DNA of 64,000 nucleotides from Naegleria gruberi (lineage: Eukaryota), in assembly GCA_000004985.1 (NCBI GenBank), contig GG738923.1, one strand, 5' to 3'. Positions within the stretch are counted from its first letter, which is position 1; each line of letters starts with the position of its first letter. Made by a program: the position numbers and the translations under genes. This document shows, in pieces, positions 1 to 9,013 of the stretch. Under the pieces are notes generated by a model. It was given only the letters and a program-made list of their open reading frames with translations, was not told where the DNA came from and made no database searches.

Positions 1-109
1 TTCTTTTTATGTTTTTATTAAAAATAATAATTTAAATAATACTTCTAATCATAATAATAATTTAAATTATTATTCAAATAGTTTTGAAATTGATTTTTTA
101 AAATATTTA

Positions 110-889
110 ATGTATTTTAGTTTAATTATATATGGAAATATTTATTCAATTTTAAATTGTAAACCTAAAAGAACACCTGATGATATGTCTTTACAAAAAA
201 TTGAATATTCTGAAAATGAAAAATGGTTTCAAAAAACTTCATTTATTTTTTTATCTGTTTTTTATGCTTTATCTTCTACTTTATATAGATATGAACATTT
301 AAAAATATATTCTGCTTTAATTACTATATTTGGTATTATTGGTATTATTATTTATTTATTTAAAATTAAAAATATTAATGAAATATTTGGAATTGATCAA
401 CAAATTAGACAAAATTTAATTGATGAATTTTTAAATACTAAAAAAATATTATTTAATTATTGTTTAATTTTTACAATTTTATCATTTTTATTATGTTTTT
501 TATTTGGAATTTATAAACCATTAAATAATTATATTTCTATAATTGTACATTTATGTATTTCATTAACTATATATAATTATTTTATTTTTAATTTTTATAA
601 TTTTTATTATCAAAAAGATATTTTAGATTCAAGAAGAAACAAATTAAAAATTTACTTTTTCCTAATTCCATTATTTTATTATGAAAAGAGAATATTAAGA
701 AATATTCCACTAATAATAGTAATAATAATAATGAAATTAAAGAAGAAATTTTACATGAAAAAACTGAATAAATTTATAAATTATTTAAATTTAAATCAAA
801 ATAAATTCCATAATGATCAGATGCAGGCTTACCAAATAAAGGATCTTGCAAATTTAAATTTTCAGTTCCAAATAATTTTAAATCTTTAA
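110..889 (+). CDS. Hypothetical multi-pass membrane protein. The 3' end is uncertain, because the ORF tail overlaps the convergent EEP gene and the true stop is probably earlier.
   Basis: 259-aa ORF with several hydrophobic 20-25 aa segments (IIGIIIYLF, ILSFLLCFLFGIY, HLCISLTIYNYFIF). No recognisable family. Confidence 0.35.
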   Translation: MYFSLIIYGNIYSILNCKPKRTPDDMSLQKIEYSENEKWFQKTSFIFLSVFYALSSTLYRYEHLKIYSALITIFGIIGIIIYLFKIKNINEIFGIDQQIRQNLIDEFLNTKKILFNYCLIFTILSFLLCFLFGIYKPLNNYISIIVHLCISLTIYNYFIFNFYNFYYQKDILDSRRNKLKIYFFLIPLFYYEKRILRNIPLIIVIIIMKLKKKFYMKKLNKFINYLNLNQNKFHNDQMQAYQIKDLANLNFQFQIILNL

Positions 890-1775
890 ATAATAATTTA
901 TCATTTACATTTTTAGGTATTTTATAATAAATTCTATCAAATCTTTTTCTAAAATTTTCATCTCCAATTAATTTATTAAATTTACCATCAAAAGTAAATT
1001 CCAAAGATGGTAATTCATTATTTTCATTATTTTTAAATAATTTTAAATATAAATCATTAAATCCATTTGGAAAATATTCATTTTCATTTACAATATTTAA
1101 ATCACCAAATATAAAATTAAAATTTTGATTATTTTCAAAATAATTTTCAATAAATTTTAATTGTAATTTTCTATTTTCAATTTCTTCATTTAAATTTCCA
1201 GCCTTTAAATGACATAATAATAAATTAATATTAATATTTTCTAATTCATTAATTTTTAATTCAATTTCCATTTTAATAGCACTTCTCCAATAAGATGGAA
1301 AATTAAATTTTGAAATTTCAATTTTAATATTTTCATTTTTTTTAAATAAAAATAAATTTCCAAATAAATGATTAGATCTAGAAGATTTTTCAAATTCATT
1401 TAAATCAATTTGTGAAATTTCATAATTATTTTGAATCCATGATTTTTCCAAGGCTAATTTTAAAAATTGTGGATTTGCTTCATTTAAACCAATTATATCT
1501 GCATTTAAATTTGGTAATATATTATCTAATTGATAATTAAATCTTTTTATATTATTTGGTCCATCTATACCTCCATATAATTCACTATTAAAATGATCAA
1601 ATAAAACATTATATAATGCTATACGAAGTGGTGGTATTGTTATTGATTGTGATGATTGTGATTGTGATTGTGATGATAAAGAATTTATATTGGATAAACA
1701 TGTTGATGGTGGTGAGGAAGCAGATTTTAAACAAGCCTTTGAAAGTGACCAAGTTCCATTCCGAAATGAAAACAT
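774..1775 (-). CDS. Endonuclease/exonuclease/phosphatase (EEP) family protein, TDP2-like.
   Basis: 333-aa ORF with EEP signature residues in order: LNEAN (catalytic Glu), CHL (His), GDLN (Asp/Asn), RFDRIYY, and the C-terminal PASDHYGIYFDL (SDH motif) typical of TDP2/CCR4-type EEP enzymes. Confidence 0.7.
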   Translation of the reverse strand: MFSFRNGTWSLSKACLKSASSPPSTCLSNINSLSSQSQSQSSQSITIPPLRIALYNVLFDHFNSELYGGIDGPNNIKRFNYQLDNILPNLNADIIGLNEANPQFLKLALEKSWIQNNYEISQIDLNEFEKSSRSNHLFGNLFLFKKNENIKIEISKFNFPSYWRSAIKMEIELKINELENININLLLCHLKAGNLNEEIENRKLQLKFIENYFENNQNFNFIFGDLNIVNENEYFPNGFNDLYLKLFKNNENNELPSLEFTFDGKFNKLIGDENFRKRFDRIYYKIPKNVNDKLLFKDLKLFGTENLNLQDPLFGKPASDHYGIYFDLNLNNL

Positions 1776-1853
1776 TTTTTTATTTAAAATTGAATAAAAG
1801 ACTGTGTTAGTTGTTGTATTTGATGATTATGATGTAAATTCTTGTATTTAATT

Positions 1854-2230
1854 ATTGATTGGAATATGAAGAGTACTATTATTTAATTATTATTATTATT
1901 CAGTGNNNNNNNNNNNNNNNNNNNNNNNNNNNNNNNNNNNNNNNNNNNNNNNNNNNNNNNNNNNNNNNNNNNNNNNNNNNNNNNNNNNNNNNNNNNNNNN
2001 NNNNNNNNNNNNNNNNNNNNNNNNNNNNNNNNNNNNNNNNNNNNNNNNNNNNNNNNNNNNNNNNNNNNNNNNNNNNNNNNNNNNNNNNNNNNNNNNNNNN
2101 NNNNNNNNNNNNNNNNNNNNNNNNNNNNNNNNNNNNNNNNNNNNNNNNNNNNNNNNNNNNNNNNNNNNNNNNNNNNNNNNNNNNATTGATTGGAATTTGA
2201 AGAGTACTATTATTTAATTATTATTCAGTG
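1854..2230. repeat. Direct repeat of about 50 bp flanking an assembly gap (N-run 1906..2184).
   Basis: Left flank 1854..1905 (attgattggaatatgaagagtactattatttaattatt...attcagtg) is repeated almost exactly at 2185..2230 immediately after the N-run. This is a tandem repeat spanning the gap. Confidence 0.6.
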
Positions 2231-2623
2231 ATTGGAACTCTAATGTTCTAAGGAGTTCTATTTTCATTGTACCTTATCAAAATATTAATTGCATCATCAT
2301 GGTAGAAATACAATGAATAATATTGTACTATTATTTCATTCACCATCATTATTACAATTGTTTACACTTATTCTGTTCAATAATATTCATCATTTGATGA
2401 TGGGCAACAAATCAATGATTGTAATTTACTGCTAGTTGTGGGGTATCTCCATGTTTTTGTTGTCCATTTTTGTTATGTTGACCATCAATACAAGGCTTGA
2501 ATGAACGAATCTCTCTATCTCTTTAGATCTCGTTGTTTTTAAATTGTCAAAAGAAAATATTCGAAACATTGACAAGCCTTTGAATTATTTGAATTAGCCT
2601 TCTTGAATTTTTGAAACATAAAG

Positions 2624-3972
2624 ATGTCTAACTTTAATCCCTATGATGATGATCCATTTGGTATCACTTCTTATAATACAACTGCAAATGTTACAACAAC
2701 AACAACATTAACACCTACTATTAATACTAATTCTACATACAATACTACTAATAATGCTGCTAATAGTAATAATAACATATTTAAACCACGTGCTTTTACA
2801 ACATCTCCAAATAATCAACCACAATTTAATTCAAATTATTTTCAATCATCAAATATCAATACTAATTATAATAATAACATGAATACACCAACTCATTACA
2901 ACAATAATAATACATTAACATCACCTAATAGTAATATTGGTATTATTAATAATCCAACATCAACACCTAAAAGTCCATCCTATACAACACCTAGAAGATC
3001 AACTATTGGATTTGAAGATGATTTTTCTGATACAACTATTACAACACCATTAGATACTAATTTTACAATTGAATCATCTGATTTCTTTTTATCATTGGGT
3101 TCATCTCCATCTCATAGACATACTCTCAGTGGTGCAAGTACTAATACAATTAATACTTCACCTCAATTAATGCCATCTTCTAATATTAATATGAATATGA
3201 ATCATCATTTCATAACTTCACCTAGAAGTGTTATGAATAATACAATGTCAACTGGTAATACTCAAATGATGAGTAATAATAATAGTAATAATGGTGGTGG
3301 TGCTCAAAATTCATTCTGGAATAATACATCATCTAATGTCATTACAGGTACTAATACATCACCTATTTATTCAAATGTTAATAATACACCACGTCAAAGT
3401 ATTGCAAATTCAAATGAATTTATGAATCCTTATAATAATAATACTACCACTACTACTACTACTACTACAATTGGTAATAATAATAATAATAATATTGAAA
3501 ATCCATCTATTAGTTCTGTTAAATCAATTGAAAAACAAAGTAATACTACTATGAAAAGAAGAAGTAGAACAATGTTTGAATCCAATAATAGAAATAATAA
3601 CTTTTCAAAGGATTTATTAGATTTTAATCCTTTTTCTACTAATACTACTAATAATAATACTAATACTACTACTACTACTACTAATAATAATAATAATACA
3701 ATTACAAATTCAAATGATAAAAGTCAACCTACAAGTAAAACACCATTTGATTTATTAGATTTAAAAAATTCACTTCAAGAATATGATGAATTATCAGGTG
3801 AAAGTAGTCCAGTTAATTCTAGACCAAAAAGTATGAAATTTTTAAAATCAAATTTTGATCATTTTGATTCAAATTCTTCCAATAACAATATTCGTAATTC
3901 TATTAATAGTAGTAATACTAATGATGATTCATCACCAAGTACTACTAATTCATCCATTTCCAATTCAAATAT

Positions 3973-4004
<32 letters not shown>

Positions 4005-4033
4005 CTTCCAATAATACCATAAATACTATTTAA
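2624..4033 (+). CDS. Asn/Thr/Ser-rich low-complexity protein. It may be the N-terminal extension of the downstream GOLPH3-domain ORF.
   Basis: 469-aa ORF dominated by poly-N, poly-T and NNN/TTT tracts. It ends at 4033, only 22 bp before the ATG of the next ORF, which opens in another frame from 4023. Confidence 0.5.
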
Positions 4034-4055
4034 TCAACAACAACAACAACAACAA

Positions 4056-5210
4056 ATGAATAGAGAAATATTATTTCTTGGAATGGATAATAAATTAACA
4101 ATACCTGAAAATATATTAATGATATGTTTAAGTGATTCAGGTATAGTAAAATCCTATGTTTCTGATCAAATAGAAGAATTATGTATGATGGGAATATTTT
4201 GTGAATTAATTTTACATAAAAAAATGACAACACGTCCATTGAGAGATTTATGTAAAGGTAAATTTGGATTACAAGTATTAGATTCAAAACCAATTCAAAT
4301 AACAAATAAGAGAGATACATCAATTATTGAATTATTAAATGAAGTATTAAATTTAATTAATGGAATTAATGAAAAATGTTTAGCTAAAGATGTAAATCAA
4401 ATGACAGTTAAAGATTATATTAAAATATTATGTTTAGGTAGAAAAGTTGGAAATGTTTTAATTTATAAAATTGCAAATATTTTAACTAGAATTGGTAAAC
4501 AATTAAGTGAAAGAAAAATAGTTGATTATAAAAAGACATTATTTCTATTTTTATCATTACCTATTAAAGATAAAATAGAAAGAGATAGATGTTTAAATGA
4601 ATTAATTTTATTTTTAAAAATGTTAAGAACTGAATTAGATGTACAAGATGAATTAACTTCCATTTATAGTGGTACATTAACTTATGATACTTGTACTGAA
4701 AGAATGTTAAAAAATAGACATGATTTTGTTATTTATACTTTATTAGGTATTTTTACTATGAATAATACTGATATTTTATCAAATGATATTATTAAAAATG
4801 AAAATGATAGAAAAGCATTAAAAGAACTTTCATTTTCTATTTTTAATATTAATAATAATAATAATAATGGAAATAATTCTAAAAATACTTCATTTAAGAA
4901 GCAACAACAACAATTAAAGAAACAACAACAACAACATACAACACTAATTGATGAACAATTAATGGATATGGTTGAAAGTGATGATGATGAACAATCAGAA
5001 GATAACATGTTAAGTATTAATAATAGTACTACTATTAATGGTATTAATAATACTATTGGAGGTAATAGTTTAACATCATCCAATAATAATAATTTAACAT
5101 TGGATAAAAAGACAAATATTAATTTACATCATTTTCCTGAGGGATTAAATTATTTTGAAGAAATTGCATTACAACTCAAGAGATGTATTTATGGAAGTAA
5201 TAAGCAATAA
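4056..5210 (+). CDS. GOLPH3/Vps74 (GPP34) family Golgi phosphoprotein domain protein.
   Basis: LTIPENILMICLSDSGIVKSYVSDQIEELCMMGIFCELILHKKM matches the GOLPH3 core LTLMEEVLLLGLKD..G..SFWND.IS..LRG..L.ELALRG. Downstream helices (DYIKILCLGRKVGNVLIYKIANIL, LFLFLSLPIKDK, DFVIYTLLGIF) are colinear with GOLPH3. The C-terminus has poly-N/Q tracts. Confidence 0.6.
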   Translation: MNREILFLGMDNKLTIPENILMICLSDSGIVKSYVSDQIEELCMMGIFCELILHKKMTTRPLRDLCKGKFGLQVLDSKPIQITNKRDTSIIELLNEVLNLINGINEKCLAKDVNQMTVKDYIKILCLGRKVGNVLIYKIANILTRIGKQLSERKIVDYKKTLFLFLSLPIKDKIERDRCLNELILFLKMLRTELDVQDELTSIYSGTLTYDTCTERMLKNRHDFVIYTLLGIFTMNNTDILSNDIIKNENDRKALKELSFSIFNINNNNNNGNNSKNTSFKKQQQQLKKQQQQHTTLIDEQLMDMVESDDDEQSEDNMLSINNSTTINGINNTIGGNSLTSSNNNNLTLDKKTNINLHHFPEGLNYFEEIALQLKRCIYGSNKQ

Positions 5211-5348
5211 TTGATTGATAATTGATAATTGTTATTTGATATTTGATAATAATTTTGAATTAATTGATATTTGAAATATATTTTGTAACAGTGTAAATAA
5301 AAACAATTTTAGAGAACAATGAAATTGATATTTGTTGTAAATACTTTC

Positions 5349-5392
5349 CATCAACACTAGTCATTTAAAAAGAGTAATGACTAGTGTTGATG
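5349..5392. repeat. Perfect 17-bp inverted repeat (hairpin) with a 10-nt loop in the region 3' of the GOLPH3-like gene.
   Basis: catcaacactagtcatt (5349..5365), loop taaaaagagt, then aatgactagtgttgatg (5376..5392). It is extended by outer imperfect arms actttccat (5343..5351) and atggaaagt (5412..5420). Confidence 0.8.
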
Positions 5393-5489
5393 TTTGCCAT
5401 TCATATCATAATGGAAAGTATTAGAATGTTATTTAAATCACACACGAAAGAACTGTTCAATTCAACAATATCAAAAAAAACAAAGTAAA

Positions 5490-6176
5490 ATGATTATGCA
5501 AGAATACTTCCCTATTAAGAAACAATCCTCATTCAATGTTGTTAACAATTCCAATAACAACAACAAGTCTTTAAATGTTATTGAAAAGAAACTTTCTAAA
5601 AATCCTTTAGATAATTTTCAAGTACTTGTTAGTGCTCGTCCTTCTAAACAAGTTTTCATTCCAACTGTATCATCTAATGTTGTTGAAAATTCCATTATTG
5701 TTAAGAAATTTCCATTTCCATATTTGAAAAGAAAGTCAATTAGAGTTGATTTGGTTTTGAAACAACAAAAATTGGCACAACAAAAGAAGAATTCATCACC
5801 TATTCAAAAATTGAGAAATGAAAAGAAACAATTAGAATTAGAAAATTCCAAATTGAAATCTAAATTACTAAATTTAGAAAATCAATTTAATCAATTAATT
5901 AATCAAAAATCAAAGAAAATGGTAACATTTAAACAAGAATGTGAATGTACTAAATGCCACATGTCAATTAATTCTAAATATATGAAATATCATAAGAGAA
6001 TATGTGGAAATGTTAAATTAAATAGAATTTTAAATGAAAATGATTTAAAAAGTTTACAATTAATTAAAAAGAATAATCAACAAGAACAATTATCAATTAA
6101 ACCAAAAAATAATTGGAGAAGAAAGAGACAAGAATTTATTAGACAAGTAAAATCTATCAAAAGAAATAATTTGTAA
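5490..6176 (+). CDS. Basic, coiled-coil-prone hypothetical protein with a Cys/His cluster.
   Basis: 228-aa ORF. It is Lys-rich (LENQFNQLINQKSKK heptad-like) and has CECTKCHMSINSKYMKYHKRICGNVK (C-x-C-x2-C-H...H-x3-C), possibly a zinc knuckle. Confidence 0.45.
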   Translation: MIMQEYFPIKKQSSFNVVNNSNNNNKSLNVIEKKLSKNPLDNFQVLVSARPSKQVFIPTVSSNVVENSIIVKKFPFPYLKRKSIRVDLVLKQQKLAQQKKNSSPIQKLRNEKKQLELENSKLKSKLLNLENQFNQLINQKSKKMVTFKQECECTKCHMSINSKYMKYHKRICGNVKLNRILNENDLKSLQLIKKNNQQEQLSIKPKNNWRRKRQEFIRQVKSIKRNNL

Positions 6177-6237
6177 AATATTTAATAAAAATTAAATACA
6201 ACTCTGAGTTAATAAAATTAAAATTAAAAATTAAAAT

Positions 6238-7029
6238 TTATTTTGGACAATATTTTGGAATTTCATATAAATTTAAATCTGATTGACCAATAATAAAATC
6301 AACATAATCAGTTGCACCTGGATCATTTTCTTGATTTGTAGAACGTAATGGAATTCTATCTTCCATTTTATCAGCAACTCTATGATAATATTTCATACCA
6401 TCTAAATCATCTATATTTGGAAATTGCCAAATATCACTATATAATCCTCTAAATAAACTTCTACCAATATAATTAGTAATTTGTAACCAATTAGGTGAAA
6501 TTAAAGGTAAAGTTCTAGATCTAATCCAACATTCTTGTGTTTTAGGATAAATATACCAAACAGTTGAATTCCACCATAAAATTGTAAAGTTTGTTGCACC
6601 CCATTCATTATTCATACTATAATAGGAATCAAAAAAATCAAATTTACCTAATTGATTTTTATAATCATAATATAATTTTGTCCATTGAATATCTGTATTA
6701 AATGGTGTTATTTTTAATAGGGTTGCATTAAATTGTAATGGCCATATTGGATTGGTTGGTATTATTGTATTTGTATTAGCATTAGTAGTTTTGGAATTAC
6801 TATATTTAGATAGAGTTCTAAATTTGTATTGTTGATTTAATTCTTGAATTTTTAATAATTGAAATGGAAGTGTATTTTCATAGATTTTAGTACGTGGAGT
6901 AGATGAGTGATAAATAGAAGTAGCAGTAGTAGATGATATTTTAGAACATTCACTCATGCAAGAAATGAATGCAATGATTACAATGAATATTATTGCAATA
7001 CTATTATTATAGGATTGTTGTTGTTGCAT
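6238..7029 (-). CDS. Secreted hypothetical protein (signal peptide; Trp/Tyr-rich).
   Basis: ORF begins MQQQQSYNNSIAIIFIVIIAFISCMSEC (hydrophobic signal-like segment), then a 230-aa region rich in W/Y/N with N-glycosylation sequons. No family recognised. An alternative upstream start is at 7056. Confidence 0.5.
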   Translation of the reverse strand: MQQQQSYNNSIAIIFIVIIAFISCMSECSKISSTTATSIYHSSTPRTKIYENTLPFQLLKIQELNQQYKFRTLSKYSNSKTTNANTNTIIPTNPIWPLQFNATLLKITPFNTDIQWTKLYYDYKNQLGKFDFFDSYYSMNNEWGATNFTILWWNSTVWYIYPKTQECWIRSRTLPLISPNWLQITNYIGRSLFRGLYSDIWQFPNIDDLDGMKYYHRVADKMEDRIPLRSTNQENDPGATDYVDFIIGQSDLNLYEIPKYCPK

Positions 7030-7183
7030 TTTTTTTAGAATTGATAAGATCCTCACACTGAAGTTGTACCTGTTTAAATAGGCATCCTGTTAGTGCTCAT
7101 GTTGTGGAGTAACTGAGCAGAAATTCGGAGTCTGTTACAATGTCATTTTATTATTTTGGAAAGTTGACCATTTTGAATTATTC

Positions 7184-7351
7184 GCGCCAAAATATTTACC
7201 TTTATTTTGGTGATGGAAACGTAAAAAGGTTGAAGAAATATGACGATAGTGTTTGAATATAGTTAAAATTAACTTCTTTATTGGTTTTTATGAAATGGGG
7301 TTTAAATTGACCAGTAAGTTGCGATCAAAATAAAGGTAAATATTTTGGCGC
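7184..7351. repeat. Pair of perfect 26-bp inverted repeats separated by 116 bp (MITE-like or stem-loop element) about 90 bp 3' of tRNA-Ile.
   Basis: gcgccaaaatatttacctttattttg (7184..7209) and its exact reverse complement caaaataaaggtaaatattttggcgc (7326..7351). Confidence 0.8.
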
Positions 7352-7437
7352 CAACATTTAGCAACTGCTCTTGTGTACTGTGTTAACAACAAGGTTGACA
7401 TGTAAAAAAAATCAATAAACTTTTATTCAAAAATATC

Positions 7438-7510
7438 TGCTGACCGACGGGATCGAACCGGCGACCAATGGCTTATTAGACCAACGCTCTACCGACTGAG
7501 CTACGCCAGC
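7438..7510 (-). tRNA. tRNA-Ile (anticodon AAU).
   Basis: Reverse complement reads GCTGGCGTAGCTCAGTCGGTAGAGCGTTGGTCTAATAAGCCATTGGTCGCCGGTTCGATCCCGTCGGTCA. It has a canonical D-arm (GCTC/GAGC), anticodon loop CTAATAA and T-loop GGTTCGATCC. One mismatch in the acceptor stem (G7-G66) and one in the T-stem suggest either a variant or a slight boundary error. Coordinates are +/-2. Confidence 0.7.
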
Positions 7511-7711
7511 TTCTCTAACTCCTTAATCCTTAATGAACTCATCAACTACGTTACAATTCTTGTAGGATAGCACGATAGCTGGTACCGATATCAAAAATTA
7601 ACCCAAGCAAGCCAATCCGTTTAGCTAGCGGGAATTATTGGTGATGTCACATTTCTTAAGAACATCAGAAAACTTGAAAAAAATAAGCAAACCATTCATC
7701 ATCAAAATAAC

Positions 7712-8404
7712 ATGAAAGCAAAAAAGAAAAATCTCGTGCTCCAAGGACAAGAAATATTTTCATCTGATGTTTGTTTTGAAATAATTTCCATAATTGATGA
7801 TTCGTGGTTTATTTTGAAGAATTGTTCCTTGATTTCAAAACAATTCTTTAATGTGATCAAGGAACGTTCAAAACTTTTTATCGAATTTAAAACAAAATTT
7901 ACAGAGACAAGAATTGAATTATTCATGAAAAGTCAATTTATGAACAGTATTGTTAATGTTAAATTTTCTAAAATGTTGTTTGACTCTATAGAAAAAGCCA
8001 AATTTATAACTGAAATGAAACAATTAACATTACTTGATATTGGTGGAAATCAAATTGGTGATGAAGGTATCAAACCAATAAGTAAAATGAAACAATTGAC
8101 ATCACTTTATGTTTACAATAATCAAATTGGCGTGGCAGGAGCCAAATATATTGGTGAAATGAAACAATTAACATCACTTACTATTAGTGGAAATTACATT
8201 GGTGATACAGGAGCCAAATTTATAAGTGAAATGAAACAATTAACATCACTTAATACATGCTACAATGAAATTGGTGTAGAAGGAGCCAAATCAATAAGTG
8301 AAATGAAACAATTAACATCACTTGAAATTGGTGGAAATCGAGTTGGTGATGAAGGAGCCAAATTTTTAATTGAAATGAAACGATTAAAATCACTTGATAT
8401 TTAG
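7712..8404 (+). CDS. F-box-like / leucine-rich repeat (RNI-type) protein.
   Basis: N-terminus FSSDVCFEIISIIDDSWFILKNCSLISKQFF is F-box-like. It is followed by five tandem 28-aa repeats (EMKQLTSLxIxGNxIGDEGAKxIS) typical of ribonuclease-inhibitor-type LRRs. It is a paralog of 31438..32349. Confidence 0.65.
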   Translation: MKAKKKNLVLQGQEIFSSDVCFEIISIIDDSWFILKNCSLISKQFFNVIKERSKLFIEFKTKFTETRIELFMKSQFMNSIVNVKFSKMLFDSIEKAKFITEMKQLTLLDIGGNQIGDEGIKPISKMKQLTSLYVYNNQIGVAGAKYIGEMKQLTSLTISGNYIGDTGAKFISEMKQLTSLNTCYNEIGVEGAKSISEMKQLTSLEIGGNRVGDEGAKFLIEMKRLKSLDI

Positions 8405-8735
8405 TATTGTACAGACAATCTTTTTTGTGAAGCGAACATTGTTATTATCATTAGAGCAAGTCTTGGTGGAGTGGGATTGAAACAAGCAAGGAAGCAAGGT
8501 ATTGCATAGATTGGAGCCTTAAAAAATCATTTGAAGATAAATTGTAACGTAGACTCTTAATTTCTAAAAAAGACTCTTTTTGACTTACAGTTTTATAAAA
8601 TACCGGCTTTATTATACCGTCTGAGCTATCAGAAAGGATTTAAAATTGATCATTACCAGTTTGGCAAAACAGTTAAATTGACCTCAATAAATCATTATTT
8701 GCCTTAACATCCAAAATCGATCAAATATAAAACTA

Positions 8736-8823
8736 TCCGATGAGACGGAATCGAACCGCCGACCACAGGATTACAGTTTTTCTTGCTACAGTCCCATGCT
8801 CTACCAGCTGAGCTATCATCGGT
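8736..8823 (-). tRNA. tRNA-Tyr (anticodon GUA) with an intron of about 14 nt.
   Basis: Reverse complement: CCGATGATAGCTCAGCTGGTAGAGCATGGGACTGTAG[caagaaaaactgta]ATCCTGTGGTCGGCGGTTCGATTCCGTCTCATCGGA. The acceptor stem CCGATGA/TCATCGG is perfect, the anticodon loop is CTGTAGA after intron removal, and the T-loop is GGTTCGATTCC. The intron lies 3' of anticodon position 37, as in eukaryotic tRNA-Tyr. Confidence 0.8.
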
Positions 8824-9013
8824 ATCTATCTTAACAATGAAAAGTATATGGTCTACCCATTATATCCAAAGGCTTATCTCATAAACCAAATCGTCCACAA
8901 CTGTTCTAAGAAATGAATAGTGTAAATATAGGTAAAGATCTTGAATTTACTCCTTGGTAGTACAACAAATAGTAAATTTATTTCACCACAATGAATCATC
9001 AATATTCTATAAA

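Noticed and set aside
1859-2217. ORFs translated through N-runs (1859..2200, 1903..2217, 25905..27317, 25907..27310, X-containing parts of 25651..27453 and 25825..28188, 24605..24933)
   Set aside because: These are artefacts of translating assembly gaps. Only the real flanking sequence was annotated.
4733-5083. Antisense or alternative-frame ORFs inside larger genes (for example 4030..4323, 4733..5083, 14382..14603, 21334..21755, 24320..24559, 35613..35831, 36279..36497, 39114..39407, 55715..56286, 57508..58529, 59505..60481, 61252..63379)
   Set aside because: They overlap well-supported CDSs on the opposite strand or in another frame, and they are low-complexity or hydrophobic as expected for shadow ORFs in AT-rich DNA.
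8600-8645. tRNA-like fragment (…accgtctgagctatcag…, resembling a minus-strand D-arm TGATAGCTCAGACGGTA)
   Set aside because: Only the D-arm-like segment is present. No anticodon or T-arm follows, so it is not a gene. It is possibly a relic next to tRNA-Tyr.
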